From Callorhinchus milii (taxonomy: Eukaryota): DNA of 64,000 nucleotides. A model generated the notes under the pieces. The model was not told the DNA's origin. It saw only the letters and a program-made list of their open reading frames with translations, and ran no database searches. The DNA lies in NCBI RefSeq assembly GCF_018977255.1, contig NW_024704742.1, positions 10,480,001-10,544,000 of the forward strand, written 5' to 3'. Shown in pieces: positions 52,201 through 64,000 of the stretch (its first letter is position 1; each line of letters begins with the position of its first letter). The translations under genes were made by a program, and so were the position numbers.

Positions 52201-52631
52201 TGCGATTTTTCAGATGAAATGTTAAACCCATTCCGTTAGGTGATATATCATATCATTTAAAGAGAGTTCTGAGACTCTGTCCAGTGTGAAAGATGCCATA
52301 TGAATACAATTTATTGTTGTTGTTGTTGTAGAGTTTCTACTGGTGTTCTTGCCAACATTCCTTCAGACAAATTTGTTATTTCATGGTGGTAGTCGTGTGT
52401 TGACCATGCGGTGTGCAAAACAGCTGCACCACTTACCTCCTAATTTACACTCATCACACTTGGCAGCAGTTACGTGTGAAGTGTTTTGACATTATAGATA
52501 TTTTATCAAATGCCAAGATTCATATTTATGATCTAACGTACAGAATATAGCAACCAGAGGCTCTAAATTCCATCTTGTCTGAGTCTGTAAAATTGTTTTA
52601 TTTCAAAGTTTAAGATTGTGTAGAATTAATC

Positions 52632-52997
52632 ATAATAATAATCTTTGCATTTGATATAGTGCCTTATCACATCTTCGGTACATCTCAAAGCGTATGACAT
52701 GAATTCACTATAAAGTGAATTCACTGTGTATTTTGTGGGCGAAACATGGCAACTAATTGCACACAGCAGTGTCCCAAAAACAGTTTTGGATTGAGTGACC
52801 AAATTATTATCATTTATTTATTTCAGAGGGATTATTATCCCCGGAAAAGCGATCCGCCAATCGACTAACAGCTGGGTTCCTATTTATTGCTAGGTAAACA
52901 GGCGTGTGGATTAAGGAAACTTGCCCAACATTTCACCCTGCCAGGAATCAAACCCAGATCCACTCGTTTGCTCTAATCACTGAGCGACAGGACTCCA
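52632..52997 (-). mobile_element. Deu-type SINE, long subfamily; followed by an L2 fragment (about 53020-53465, -)
   Basis: Reverse-complement copy with the central block. Confidence 0.85.
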
Positions 52998-53465
52998 TAG
53001 GAATTCTGGAAAGTGTCTTCACAACAACAACTTGCATTTATATAGCGACCTCCACGCCAGGTGGCGTCCCAAAGAGCTTAACAATGGCGGAGCCCGATGT
53101 TAATCCAGGGAGAGGGGGAAGGTGACCATAGGCATGGTTGAAGAGGAAGATCTTCAGGCGCAACCTGAAAATGGAGAAAGAGGGCAAGGTGAAGGGATTG
53201 ATCGAGGGAGTTCAATAGCTTCGGGGCGTAGTGGCTGAAGGCATGGCCGCCGATAGTGGAGCGGAGTATTCGAGGGACAAGGAGGAGGCCGGAGCCAGTA
53301 GAGCTGAGGCAGCGGGCAGTGCTGTGAAGAGAAAGGAGGCTGGAGAGATAGGGGCTGCCAAGGCTTGGAGGGATTTAAACACGAGAGTGAAGTCGACCCG
53401 TTCTGTGACAGGGAGCTAGTGGAGTTTGGCAAGGACTAGGGTAATCGGGGTGCAGAGAATGCGGA

Positions 53466-53724
53466 CAGCATTTAGAAGTTGTTTTCCCTCAGTCCTTATA
53501 AAAAGTTTCCAAATGATCAAACTGAACAATAATTTTGTATTAACAATATTTGTTCATTTTCAGATGAGGGAAAAAGACCTTGAGGCCCCAAATGCTACTT
53601 TGGCTTTGCTTGTAAGACCATTTGTCTAACATTTAAAATTGTTGGAATTCTAGACAATTCTTCAATTCATTTATAATTTGGAAACTTTTTATAAGGACTG
53701 AGGAAAGACAACTTCTACATGTTG
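53466..53724. repeat. Inverted repeat with about 49 bp arms and a 160 bp spacer (MITE-like)
   Basis: tagaagttgttttccctcagtccttataaaaagtttccaaat pairs with atttggaaactttttataaggactgaggaaagacaacttcta. Confidence 0.8.
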
Positions 53725-55719
53725 TGTGAATTATCATCAGTGTAAAGTATTTCACGCTCTGAGACATTGCGTGAAGGGTGCAAGTTGTTATTGCTATTGT
53801 ATTAGTACTGGTGTATAACATCCCCAATGTGTAAAACCCGTTTTTTCTTCCTACCAGATTGAGATTGAAGCTCAGATTCGTCTAATAAAATTCCTAGCTG
53901 ACTATGTTCAATAAAAGAATAACATATCTGTCTGCAGCTTTTTTTGTAAAATGCATTAGAAATTCGAAAATCACATTTTGCTTGCGCTGAGGGCTCAAAT
54001 TATTCTGTGTGTTTGAGTATTTATAAAGGTCAGGCAAGTTGTTAGGTTAGGATATCATATGGGACCAGACCATGTCAAAATTTCTCAAATGTTTTTCAGC
54101 AGTTAGTATCAAGTGTAGTAACTTTTTTTAAAAACTATCTCTGGATGCGAGACTGAATACACCCAACTGTGTTCTTTATTTTGTACTGAGAATAGGTGGG
54201 AAAATACTATTGCAACAGACCTTGGCTTAATCTGAAAGTCAGGGCTTCTGACAATACTTGTCCAATATTACACAGGTTGGATTAGATTTTGGGCTCAAGG
54301 TCCAACCTGCAACCTTTTGACCCAGAGCTAAGCTGCCACCTCTATACATATTAAAATAATTCATAGAAAGCATTAAACAATTTAAGAACAAGGAAAGGTC
54401 ATTTAACTCTCTCAGTTATTTAGTTCTTACCTAAGAAATCAATCTGAGCTATATTATTTTTTTTCCCTCTAATGTCTTCTAACGTTGGCATTGAGGTTTC
54501 CTTGGGTGAGGTTAACTATGTCTTTTGAGAAGATTTTAGTCCAGCATCAAACAAATATCTCCAGTGGATTCCAATCACTAATTGCCTATCATTAAAGGAG
54601 GGCAGATCCAATTTACATCAGTAATGATGCAGATTTCAATGTTGCCTATTACACAATAAGCCTCCTTTGGGCCTGGCTCTAACACTGCTACGCATCCATG
54701 GCAATATGTTTCCTTTCAGTATTTTACACAGTAAACAGAATTTCCCAACTGTATCGACTGTGTGTACAGTGTGAGTGAATAATGTTGATCAAGCAATTCA
54801 AATAATATCTCTGCGTGATATTTCTAATGAACCCATTTGCATTATGTTATATTTCTTCAGCCTTTCCGATGGGGAAATCTGCAACATCATTGAGTGAAAG
54901 ATTTTTTTTAGATATTGTCTGCATGAATATATTTGTGAAAGTGGCACCCCAGAGAGCCAACATGAAATAAAAGAGCACCACGTGTATGAGAATCTTCCAG
55001 GCACTAACAGTCCTTGTCCTGGGGGAGATGAGCCATCTGTTGTGAATTTGTTTATAAAATTGGAGTAAAGAATGGAACAAATAGTGACGGAGATCAGGGA
55101 CAGGATTCTCTATTCACACTATCACAGCAATAATAATTCTTGCATTTGATATAGCGCCTTATCACGTCTTCGAGACGTCTCAAAGCGTTTCACAGAATGC
55201 ACTGTAGGATAGTGACTGTATATTTTATGGGCGAAGCACGGCAACCAATTGCGCACAGCAAATGTGGGTGATATGCAAAATGTTTGCTCCCCGGCTAATC
55301 CTAAGAAATAATTTCAAATCACAGCACAATGTACTCTGGGTGTCCAGGTAGGAGTGTAAAGCAATTTGAAACGTCCTCCCGACATGAAAGGAGCTACATA
55401 AATGTAAATGTAGATTTTAAGAGATGAAGGAGTGACACTCTGAAGTGTACAGGTAACTTTAATCGTAAGATCTTGCTATAGAGTAATTCAACGAACAAGC
55501 CTCCTATTTAAATTTCTGCCAAAGATTAATAAAATAGCTGATGCTGAAAATAAGTGCAATTGACATGATGGTAACTACATCGTTTCTGTACTCAAGTGCT
55601 TTCAGGCCAAACACTTCAATAGACTCCAGTGACTTTTGCCTGGGGTTAACTTCCACACGTAGGCGGATGACACCCAACTCTATCTCTATGCCTCCACCCT
55701 CGATTCCAGAACCACTGCT

Positions 55720-56635
55720 GTCATGACAAAATGTCTGTCAGATATCAAGTCCTGGATGAGAGTTAACTTTCTACAGTTGAACGTCAACAAGACCGAGGCC
55801 CTCCTGATTGGCTCCCATCAACGTCTCCACACCTCAGGTGCTGACAGCATCACTATTCATAGATACACACTCCTCCTTACTGAACCAGTTCGGAACCTTG
55901 TTGTCTTGTTTGACCCTCAACTTTCCTTTAAACCCCACATCCATGCCAAGACCCATTCTGCCTTTTCCCCACCTCCGCAACATTGCTCGGCTCTGCCACT
56001 GCCTCTCCCCTCAGGCTGCTGGGACACTCATCCACACTTTCATTACGTCCAGGCTTGACTACACCAACTTCCTGCTTGTCGGCCTTCCCAACTTTTTCCT
56101 CTACCAACTGCAGGGTTATTCAGAACTCTGCAGCTCATGTACTCTCCTGCACTAAGTTTCCTGAGTCCATTACTACTGTCCTTGCTTGGCTTCACTGCCT
56201 TCCCATCCCCCAGAGGTTCGAGATCAAGATCCTTGCTTCACCTTTAAAGCCCTCCAGGGTCTTCCTCCTCCTTACCTCTAGGACCTATTAAAACTTCACC
56301 AACCTGTCTGCTTTCTCTGCTCTGCAGGCATTCTGGCCTGCTCCACAGCCCCCGCTCTGCCTGCTCCACGATTGGTGGTTGGGTCATCAGCCTTTCGGCC
56401 CCCATCCTCTGGAACTCCATCCCCCCATCTTGCCTCTTCCCTTGCCTCCTTGAAAGCCTGTCTTATGACCTTCCTTTTTGTTCGGTCATCTTCCCTCATC
56501 CAAACCCCCCTTGCCCTCTATCGATCTCTGATCCTAACCCGCAGCTCAGGCGTAAACCCCCGATAGTCCAACACCTTGGGACGTCCGCCTGACGTGAAAG
56601 ATGCTATGTAAATGCAATTTTTTCTTCTTCTTGTA
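55720..56635 (+). mobile_element. L2 LINE 3' fragment (about 0.9 kb)
   Basis: ORF 55723 CLSDIKSWMRVNFLQLNVNKTEALL... Confidence 0.9.
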
Positions 56636-57156
56636 AAGTAGACATAGAGCAAGTAGAATAGACAAGGAGCACCATCTGCTGTTTGCATCGGAACCTACTG
56701 TTTGCTTGAAAGAAGAGCTGAAGTCTTCATGAAATACTTCGAGATGTTCAACCTACAGGAATATGCTATAGAAGTGAAGTTTTACTGTAGCTTGAGAAGC
56801 ATTATGAGCAAGTTAGTCCCGCCAGATGAAATGATAAGTGTTGCCAGCAATTGTAATTACTTTAGTGCTGTAGATTAATGAAATATTGACTAGTATACTT
56901 CTGTAACTATATATTTTTCCTGCAGTGGAAATTATTGAACATTTGTAGTATTGTATCTTTAAGTGAAATTTTGTCAATGATTGGACTTTGTAACTTTTGT
57001 AACCTTGCTGGGAATGAATGGTGTCTGCCTTATCTCTCTCTATGTAATGTCTTTGATGTATCTGCCTAGTACTTTTAAGCGGATCGTATTGATAAGTTTG
57101 TGAAATTTCACTTTCCTGACTTGGTTGAGTATATTAATGAGGAAAAATGTCATTGA

Positions 57157-57490
57157 ATCATAGAATTTTACAGCACAGAAGGAGGCCATCATGCTTGAAA
57201 GAGTTATCCAAATAGTCCCACTTCCCCGCTCCAACGCCAGAGCCCTGCAAATTCTTCCTTTTCAAGTACTTATCCAATTCCTCTTTGAAAGCTATTATTA
57301 CATCTGCTTCCACCACCCTTTCAGGCAGTTCTGTGCGTCTCCCATCTGGTTCTTTTGCCAATTATCTTAAATCTGTGTGTTCTGCTTACCGACCCACCTG
57401 CCAATGGAAACAGTTTCTCCTTACTTACTCTTCAAAACCCCTCATCATGTTGAACATCTCTATTAAAGCTCCCCTTAACCTTCTCTACTA
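57157..57490 (-). mobile_element. CR1 3' fragment
   Basis: LPERVVEADVIIAFKEELDKYLKRKNLQG; tcatagaa tail. Confidence 0.85.
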
Positions 57491-57647
57491 TTGTGAGAGA
57501 CCCTGCTGATGCAAAGGTATTTCCTTTAAAAAAATGTCGATGCATTTGATAGTAATTGCTTGTGAAGTGCTTTAAAATGTTTTAACATGCTCTAAAAATA
57601 TATATTCCTTCTATGTAGTCTAGTTACTTATATTTTGGTTATATCTG

Positions 57648-58307
57648 TGTTGGGATTTCTGATCCCGAGGTTCAAATAATGACCCGACAATCCAATTAAG
57701 GTGTGATAGAGATTTATTAATCAAAGTAACACATACAAAACTAGTAAAATAATACTGCCACTACAAGTGACAGAACTTATACTACCAGTTTTGGAGCAGT
57801 CAGTCAGTCAGCTGCGATGGTTTCAGCACACCTTCTCTCCGATGGTTCGGTTGCCCTCTTTGTCTGGCTGGATCTACTGTCTTACTTGCCTAAAGTCAGG
57901 GTAGTTATACTTTTTCCACCTAGGGATTTTCCCTCCCTTCTTCTCCAATCAAGCATCTTAGCACGTACCCAACGTACTCGACCCTTGCACATTCTTGTAC
58001 CCGTATCTTTTAGATAAGCAGCCCCTTTTGAGACAAAGCAGCTTGCTCATTATTCCTCAACACACAACATCTTACTTTTTCCTTCCAAGGCCAGGGACTT
58101 TATCTGTCTGTTTTATGTCTTCCCTCCCCATCACAACTGACTGACCATTGACCTTTTAGAACCAGGATGGCTTATTGTGCAAATTCTTAAAATGTTAGTA
58201 AAACAGTTTCTAATTACGACTAACAGTTTCTTTCTCTCCCTATTTGTTACCGTCATGCATATATGGGTATTGATATACACCATTAAATCCTTTCTATTCT
58301 TCTTACA
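57648..58307 (-). mobile_element. Probable solo LTR (660 bp)
   Basis: TGTT...TACA ends; flanks atctg/aactg (5 bp TSD with one mismatch); AATAAA on the minus strand about 70 bp from the left end; TATA-like tataac upstream of it. Confidence 0.6.
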
Positions 58308-61300
58308 AACTGTATTAAAATCAACCTTTTTTTAAGATCTGTGAAAATCTAGCTTCTTCTTTGAGACTGAATTTAAGAATTTTACCAATTTCTGTGCAAT
58401 CTTTAATTTTAATACNAAAAAATCGTAAAGGTAAATTACTTGATGTTATTTTGGGTCAGTGAAATGAAGGGCATATTGCTGGGAAAAGTAGAGGAAGCTC
58501 AACCCTCCAATTAGCCAAGCTATAATGGATTTGACACATGGATTTTAATACTGTCCCTGGGTGGAAACAGGAAAAGAGAAAATTTTCAAAACAAAATCAA
58601 GAGCTTTCATACACTTTAATAACCGACTTGGCACCTTCTGTAATAAACAAAATGGAAAGCTGAATACCAATTTGTATGTATCATCCATTTACAATTGTTA
58701 TTTTGGATGATGCAGCACAAAGTGGCCTTATGTGGAGAAGGAACAGCATAAATGAATGTATTTACTGCAAAGTGCTCTGGGGTTTTGATCATGTTGGTGA
58801 CTTAGAAATAGTAAATGAGGACATTGTCTAATTCGCCTCAAGTCTTTTCTCAAGTATTTGTAGAGAGCGATGAAAACAATATGACCAGGTTACAACTATA
58901 AATGGCACTTCAGCTGTCAGTCGCATGGATTTTTAAAGAGCCAATGGCTCTGATTTCAGTTTGGAAGAAAAAACTGTATAAACTACAAGCAATTTAATAG
59001 CTGTTACTACTCTCTGTGGTAATGTCGAGAGGTACAGTGAATTAAAGGGTCCAATGAGATTTTGGAGGGGTTAGGAAAAGCGTTGTCGATACCATAGTGG
59101 AAATTTCGCCCATGAAATATACAGTTAATTCACGTGATGGTATATTCTGTGAAGTGCTTTGAGACGTCTCAAAGACATGATAAGGTGCTATATCAAATGC
59201 AAGGATTATTATTATAATTTAAATTCAATATGCGAGGGCTATCCTGCGATACTAATCAGATCAGATTAGTTGTGGTCCAAATCTAATTTTACACAAAAGA
59301 AATGGAGAAAAATATAAAATCAAAGACAGAGACCACACCCTCTACACCAGGGTATAACCACACCAGGGAACAGACCACACTGATTGAACTATCCTTGAAC
59401 ATATCCAGAATAGTCTCTCAGAATGAGGACCTGGAGTCTAGAGTAGGCGAGCTGATAATTGATGGTAGCTGCTGCTGCTCACGATATAATCAATCTGGGG
59501 GCTGCACCATGAATTCTAACCCAACATTGAGTATGGCAGCCACAATACAGCTTCTTTTCTCTTTGTCCACCCCCTGGATTTTATCTTCAGTCATCAGCAA
59601 TGAATCTAAGTGTGAGTTGCGGACTTTTGACTTTTGCCTGATGAAACAACCTCATCTGCATTTGATTTTTTGACAATCTTTCAAAGGTGACTGGGCAATA
59701 AACAACTATTGTCAAAAGATAACTTGTGTGTGTGTGTGTGTTGGGGGGAGGAGGGGAATAAGATCCACTGTGTTTAAATATAAATTGTTATTTACTCTAT
59801 TAATATGGCATTTCAGAGTCTCCAGTCTTTCTGTCTTACCTTTGAAGCTAGTTTTCTGTAGTTTTGAAAAGACCTTCAAAATTAAAGCTTTCTTTTAAGA
59901 ATTTACAAATCCTGTACTCTGTGAAATGTTATTCAATAGAATAAATCTAGATCTGTGTCCATTTTGCCGCTCAATTGTATTATGAAATGTCACAAATCTC
60001 CCCTGCACCAATATAATCTTACACGTTATATATTATCACTATTAGACTACAAGAGGCTGCTTTTGCTGGATAAAGGGTATTGTTTTTTGTTGTTGCCTGA
60101 CTGTATGAACATCTAAGGATCATTAAGCTTTTTATCTGACTTCTAACTCACCATGTCATTTATTTGACCTTAACCCATACTCTCAGCTATCATGTGTGAT
60201 TGTCACGTGTTATGTCACTCTGCCATCCCCGAGAGCAAGGACACACATATCCACTTAAGAAAATGTAGCTTTGAAGCCCCTGGAAAGGGTGTCCAGAGCT
60301 GGCCAGATGAGCAACAATAATATTAAATCCTCAGAGCAACTGAATGGAAGCAAGGCAGCTCAAAACAGACCATGTACACACATTCACTGAAGCAGATCCA
60401 TCTTTTAAAATACTTCATGGTTTTGCAGCTTCTTTTCCAATGTTTTCTCAGTCTTCACCAGGCAAATCTGTTAGCCATTCAGCATAATCTTCTTGAGCCA
60501 ATTGTTATGTAAGCGAGCAGGATTATCCAGTTTAAAATAACACTTCTGAATTTTTACCACAGTCCACAGTCAGTATAATGTTTCCTATTACAAGAATATG
60601 TTGTCATCTTAATTGATTTTTTTCTCTGAGTGATTTGAGAGAACTGTTCGAAAACACTTCTTCAGGAATAATGCAAACTGACTCCCTGCAGTCTAATATT
60701 TTTCAGTACTACTCTGTATCTGACTCATGGTAGAGCTGGCAAAAAAGTGGTTTGATGCACTGACATTTTTTGAAGTGAAAGTAAGACACAGCGACTGGGG
60801 TTTTATTATACCCAAGGGCAATTTTTGGAGGGTTTCCTGGACAAAAGTGGTGGGTGGTGGGGGGGAGGTTGAGGGGTGAGGGGAAAGACTTTGATGAACC
60901 CTCTTTTATTTCCACAGCTTGGCTGCAGAGCAACTTTGTGCTACAGCAGATGGAGTATTTAGTGCAGCATAAAACTATTGGAACATAATTTCACAGGTCT
61001 GTTTTAAATAAATGTTAAAATTGTATTTTTAGCATGAATTATCTGACGGCATCAATGCATAAAGATAAAATCCTTACATTTGATCACCATCATGAACTGA
61101 ACCCTCCCTGTACATGTTTACTGTAAGCACCAGTAAGTCAGCAACTGGAGCATTTTTCCAGCATGAAACTGACTTGTTCAACAGCATAAATGTACCAAAC
61201 GCAATCTTTATCTGACTTACCCTTAACTGTATTTTCATTTTATTGACCCTTTTGGTGAAATCAGTCAATTAATAATCCCTCAAGAAAACAAACAATAATA

Positions 61301-61624
61301 ATTTGGTCACTCAATCCATGATTGTTTGTGGGACACTGCTGTGCACAATTGGCTGCCGTGTTGCGCCCCACAAAATATACAGTCAATTCACTTTACAATA
61401 TATTCTGTGAAGTGCTTTAGACGTCAAGAAGACATGAAAAGCGCTATATCAAATGCAAGGATTATTATTATTATTAATTCAATGTATCTGATACAACAAC
61501 AGCAACAACAAAATTACATTTGTAAAACACCTTTCACGTCAGGATAATGGAAGTGTTTTACACTCTTGTGAGATCAGTGATTGGAGATTGAGAGAGATTG
61601 GACATCCAAGCCCATTGTCCGAAA

Positions 61625-63140
61625 ATACAATGCAATATTACATTTGTAAAGCGCCTTTCATGTCAGGAAAATGTCCCAAGGTGCTGGACAGTCAAGGATT
61701 GGACCCAAGTAGGGGGTTGGGATCAGGGAGGGTGGAGGGCAGAGAGGGTAGGAGGGTGACCAAAGGCGTGATTGAAGAGGATGGTCTTGAGACATGCCTT
61801 GGAGAAAGCAAGCGAGGGAGCAAGGCAAAGGGATTGTGGGATGGAATTCCAAAGGATGGGGGTAGAGAGGCTGAAGGCCCGACTGCCGATGGTGGGAAGG
61901 GCTGGGCGGGGGATGTGGAGCAGGCCAGAGCCTGTTGAATGGAGGGAGCGGACAGGTTGATATGGGGTTAGCAGATCACAGAGATAGGAAAGAGCAAGGC
62001 CATGGAGGGCCTTGAAGGCGACAATGAGGATTTTGAACTGTATCCTCTGGGAGGTGGGAAGCCAGTGGAGCCGGGCAAGGTTGGGGGTGATAGAGTCACG
62101 AAGCCTGGTGTGGGAAAGAACACAAGCTTCTGAGTTCTGGATGATCTGCAGCTTATGGATGGAAGAGATGGGAAGGCCGACAATCAGGGAGTTTGATTAG
62201 TCGATCTGGATGTGATAAATGCATGGTTGAGGGTTTCAGCGACCTGCGATGTGAGGCAGTAGCAGAGCCGGGCGATGTTGGGGAGGTGGGGGAAGGCAGA
62301 ACTGATTATGGCATTGATGGTACGGCCTTGTAGAGTTCTGTAGCTCAGTGGTTAGAGCACTCATTTTGCAAGCGAGACACCTGGGATCAATTCCAGGCAG
62401 GGCGAAACCTTGGGCAAGTTTCCTTACTCCACACACCTAATAATAATCCCTCCAGAAAATAAAAAAATAATAAATTGGTCATTTTCAATCCACAACTGTT
62501 TGTGGGACACTCTGTGCGCAATTGGCTACTGGATTTCGCCCACAAATATACAGTCAATTCACTTTACAGCATATTCTATGAAGTGCTTTGAGACATCGAG
62601 AAGATGTGAAAAGCGCTATATCAAATGCAAGGATTATTATTATTAATATTATTATTATTATAATAGAAAGCACTGTTGAGGGTGAAACAAGATACCAAGG
62701 TTCTGGACTGGCTTAGAGAGGTGGAGTGTGCATCCTTGGATGATGATGCTGCCAGCGACTGAGGTGTGGAGGTGCTGACGGAAGCCAATCAGGAGAGCCT
62801 TGGTCTTGTAGACGTTCAACTGTAAAAAGTTAGCTCTCATCAGGATTTGTTGTCTGACAAACATTATGTCAAGAGTTAAGGGTCGAGGCAGAGAGGTACA
62901 GTTGGGTATCATCATATGTGGAAGTTGACCCCATGTCTACGGATGTTGTCACCAGAGGTAGCATATAGATTTGAGGATAGGAGTGATCATAGCTGTTTTT
63001 AAGGGGGTGGGAATGGTGCCAGTGGACAGGGAGAAGTTGATGAGGTCTGTGAGTAGAGGGGCAAGGATGTGGAGCTGGAAGGTAAGGAGAGGGTTAGGAA
63101 TGGGGTTGAGGGAGCAGATAGTGGGTTTCATATGTATGAT
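61625..63140 (-). mobile_element. L2 LINE fragment split by a full-length + strand Deu-type SINE (about 62330-62660)
   Basis: L2 RT-region text on both sides (MRANFLQLNVYKTKALL; INFSLSTGTIPTPLKTAMITPILK). Confidence 0.88.
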
Positions 63141-64000
63141 GTGTTCATATGTTTCAAAATGTGCAATCATGCAACATTTTGGAAAATTCTGAATTTAGTT
63201 TTCACTTATAAGCTGATTTTCTGCAGGACTTTTTAAATTTCACCCCCACAATCACAAGATCACAAGGGAGGTTTGGATGTAGAAGGCTCCTTAACCTTCC
63301 AAAAATCAATTGTCTTCCCAATACAAGCAATTGTAATGCATTGTGACAGAAGTGTGTGTTTGTGTATTTAATATAGCACCTTATCACAGCGTTGAGATGG
63401 CTCAAAGCGCTTCGAAGAATGTATTGTAAAGTGAATTGACTGTGTACTTTGTGAGCGATTATACATGAAAGTACCTGGTGGAGTCAGCCTGAGACTGAGT
63501 AGAGGAAGATTGAACGGAGCTGAATCTATCTGTTTGCTGCTTGAAGATCTCCTCCAGTTCCTGACCATTAGGTATTTTATTGACCATGTATTACATATTT
63601 TATTCTTTATTTAATGCACCTTTTGAGAATTGTCAGGATTTAAATGAGTGATCTTGCCTGATGCACTGCTCGCTATGCGATGGGGAGCTGTGGGGTTCAA
63701 TGCCAGATGCCTAGGTCCTTGTTCCTCTTGAGGAAAGGCGGAGGGGCAGGAGCTAAGTAGGATTTCCTTAGAGCTGATTTGCTCAAAGGCAATTTTTTTG
63801 GCAATAGAACATCAGAATTAAGTCAATCCTATATGGTAAACTTGGTAGTCTGCTTCCTGAACCAGGGCAGAATGTTGGGAAAGTTTCCTTACTCCACACA
63901 CACACCTCTGTTTACATAGCAGTAAGTAGGAACCCAATTGTTAGTCAATTGGCGGATGGATCACTTTTCCAGGGGTAATAATTCCTTCGAAAAAAAATAA

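Noticed and set aside
58416..58416. Single N base
   Set aside because: Assembly ambiguity or gap marker, not biology; sequence continuity across it is uncertain.
12102..62646. Recurrent ORFs such as MGKFPYSTHLIIIPPKPK and MWDIAVRNWLPRSPTNIQ suggesting a small gene family
   Set aside because: All are translations of the same SINE.
43200..64000. Exons of an expected neighbour such as UBXN8 or GSR
   Set aside because: I could not find recognisable peptide matches with splice sites on either strand.

Overview
Vertebrate genomic DNA, very probably from a cartilaginous fish: the repeat content is a tRNA-derived Deu-type SINE, L2 and CR1 LINE fragments, and shark-type palindromic elements. Two + strand intron-containing genes were reconstructed by eye. 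(1) The last four coding exons and 3' UTR of a PP2A catalytic subunit gene (PPP2CB/PPP2CA; 1055-8097, ending ...TPDYFL*). (2) A complete 9-exon S-adenosylmethionine synthetase gene (14588-41085; 1185 nt, 394 aa; all introns GT-AG), a divergent paralog with mixed MAT1A/MAT2A features (mat2a-like). From 43 kb to 64 kb I can support only repeats, including a probable solo LTR. Almost all entries in the ORF track are repeat-derived noise. The most unusual signal is a cluster of three locally templated insertions in and just after the MAT gene. A ~918 bp copy of nearly all of intron 8 sits in a split L2 element downstream of the stop. A 116 bp copy sits inside a CR1 tail. A ~225 bp inverted copy is flanked by an 8 bp direct repeat. 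Other notable items: I found no canonical METTL16 UACAGARAA hairpins, intron 1 holds an IR1-like palindromic repeat array, there are several foldback elements, and the young SINE subfamily appears to have acquired the L2 tail.
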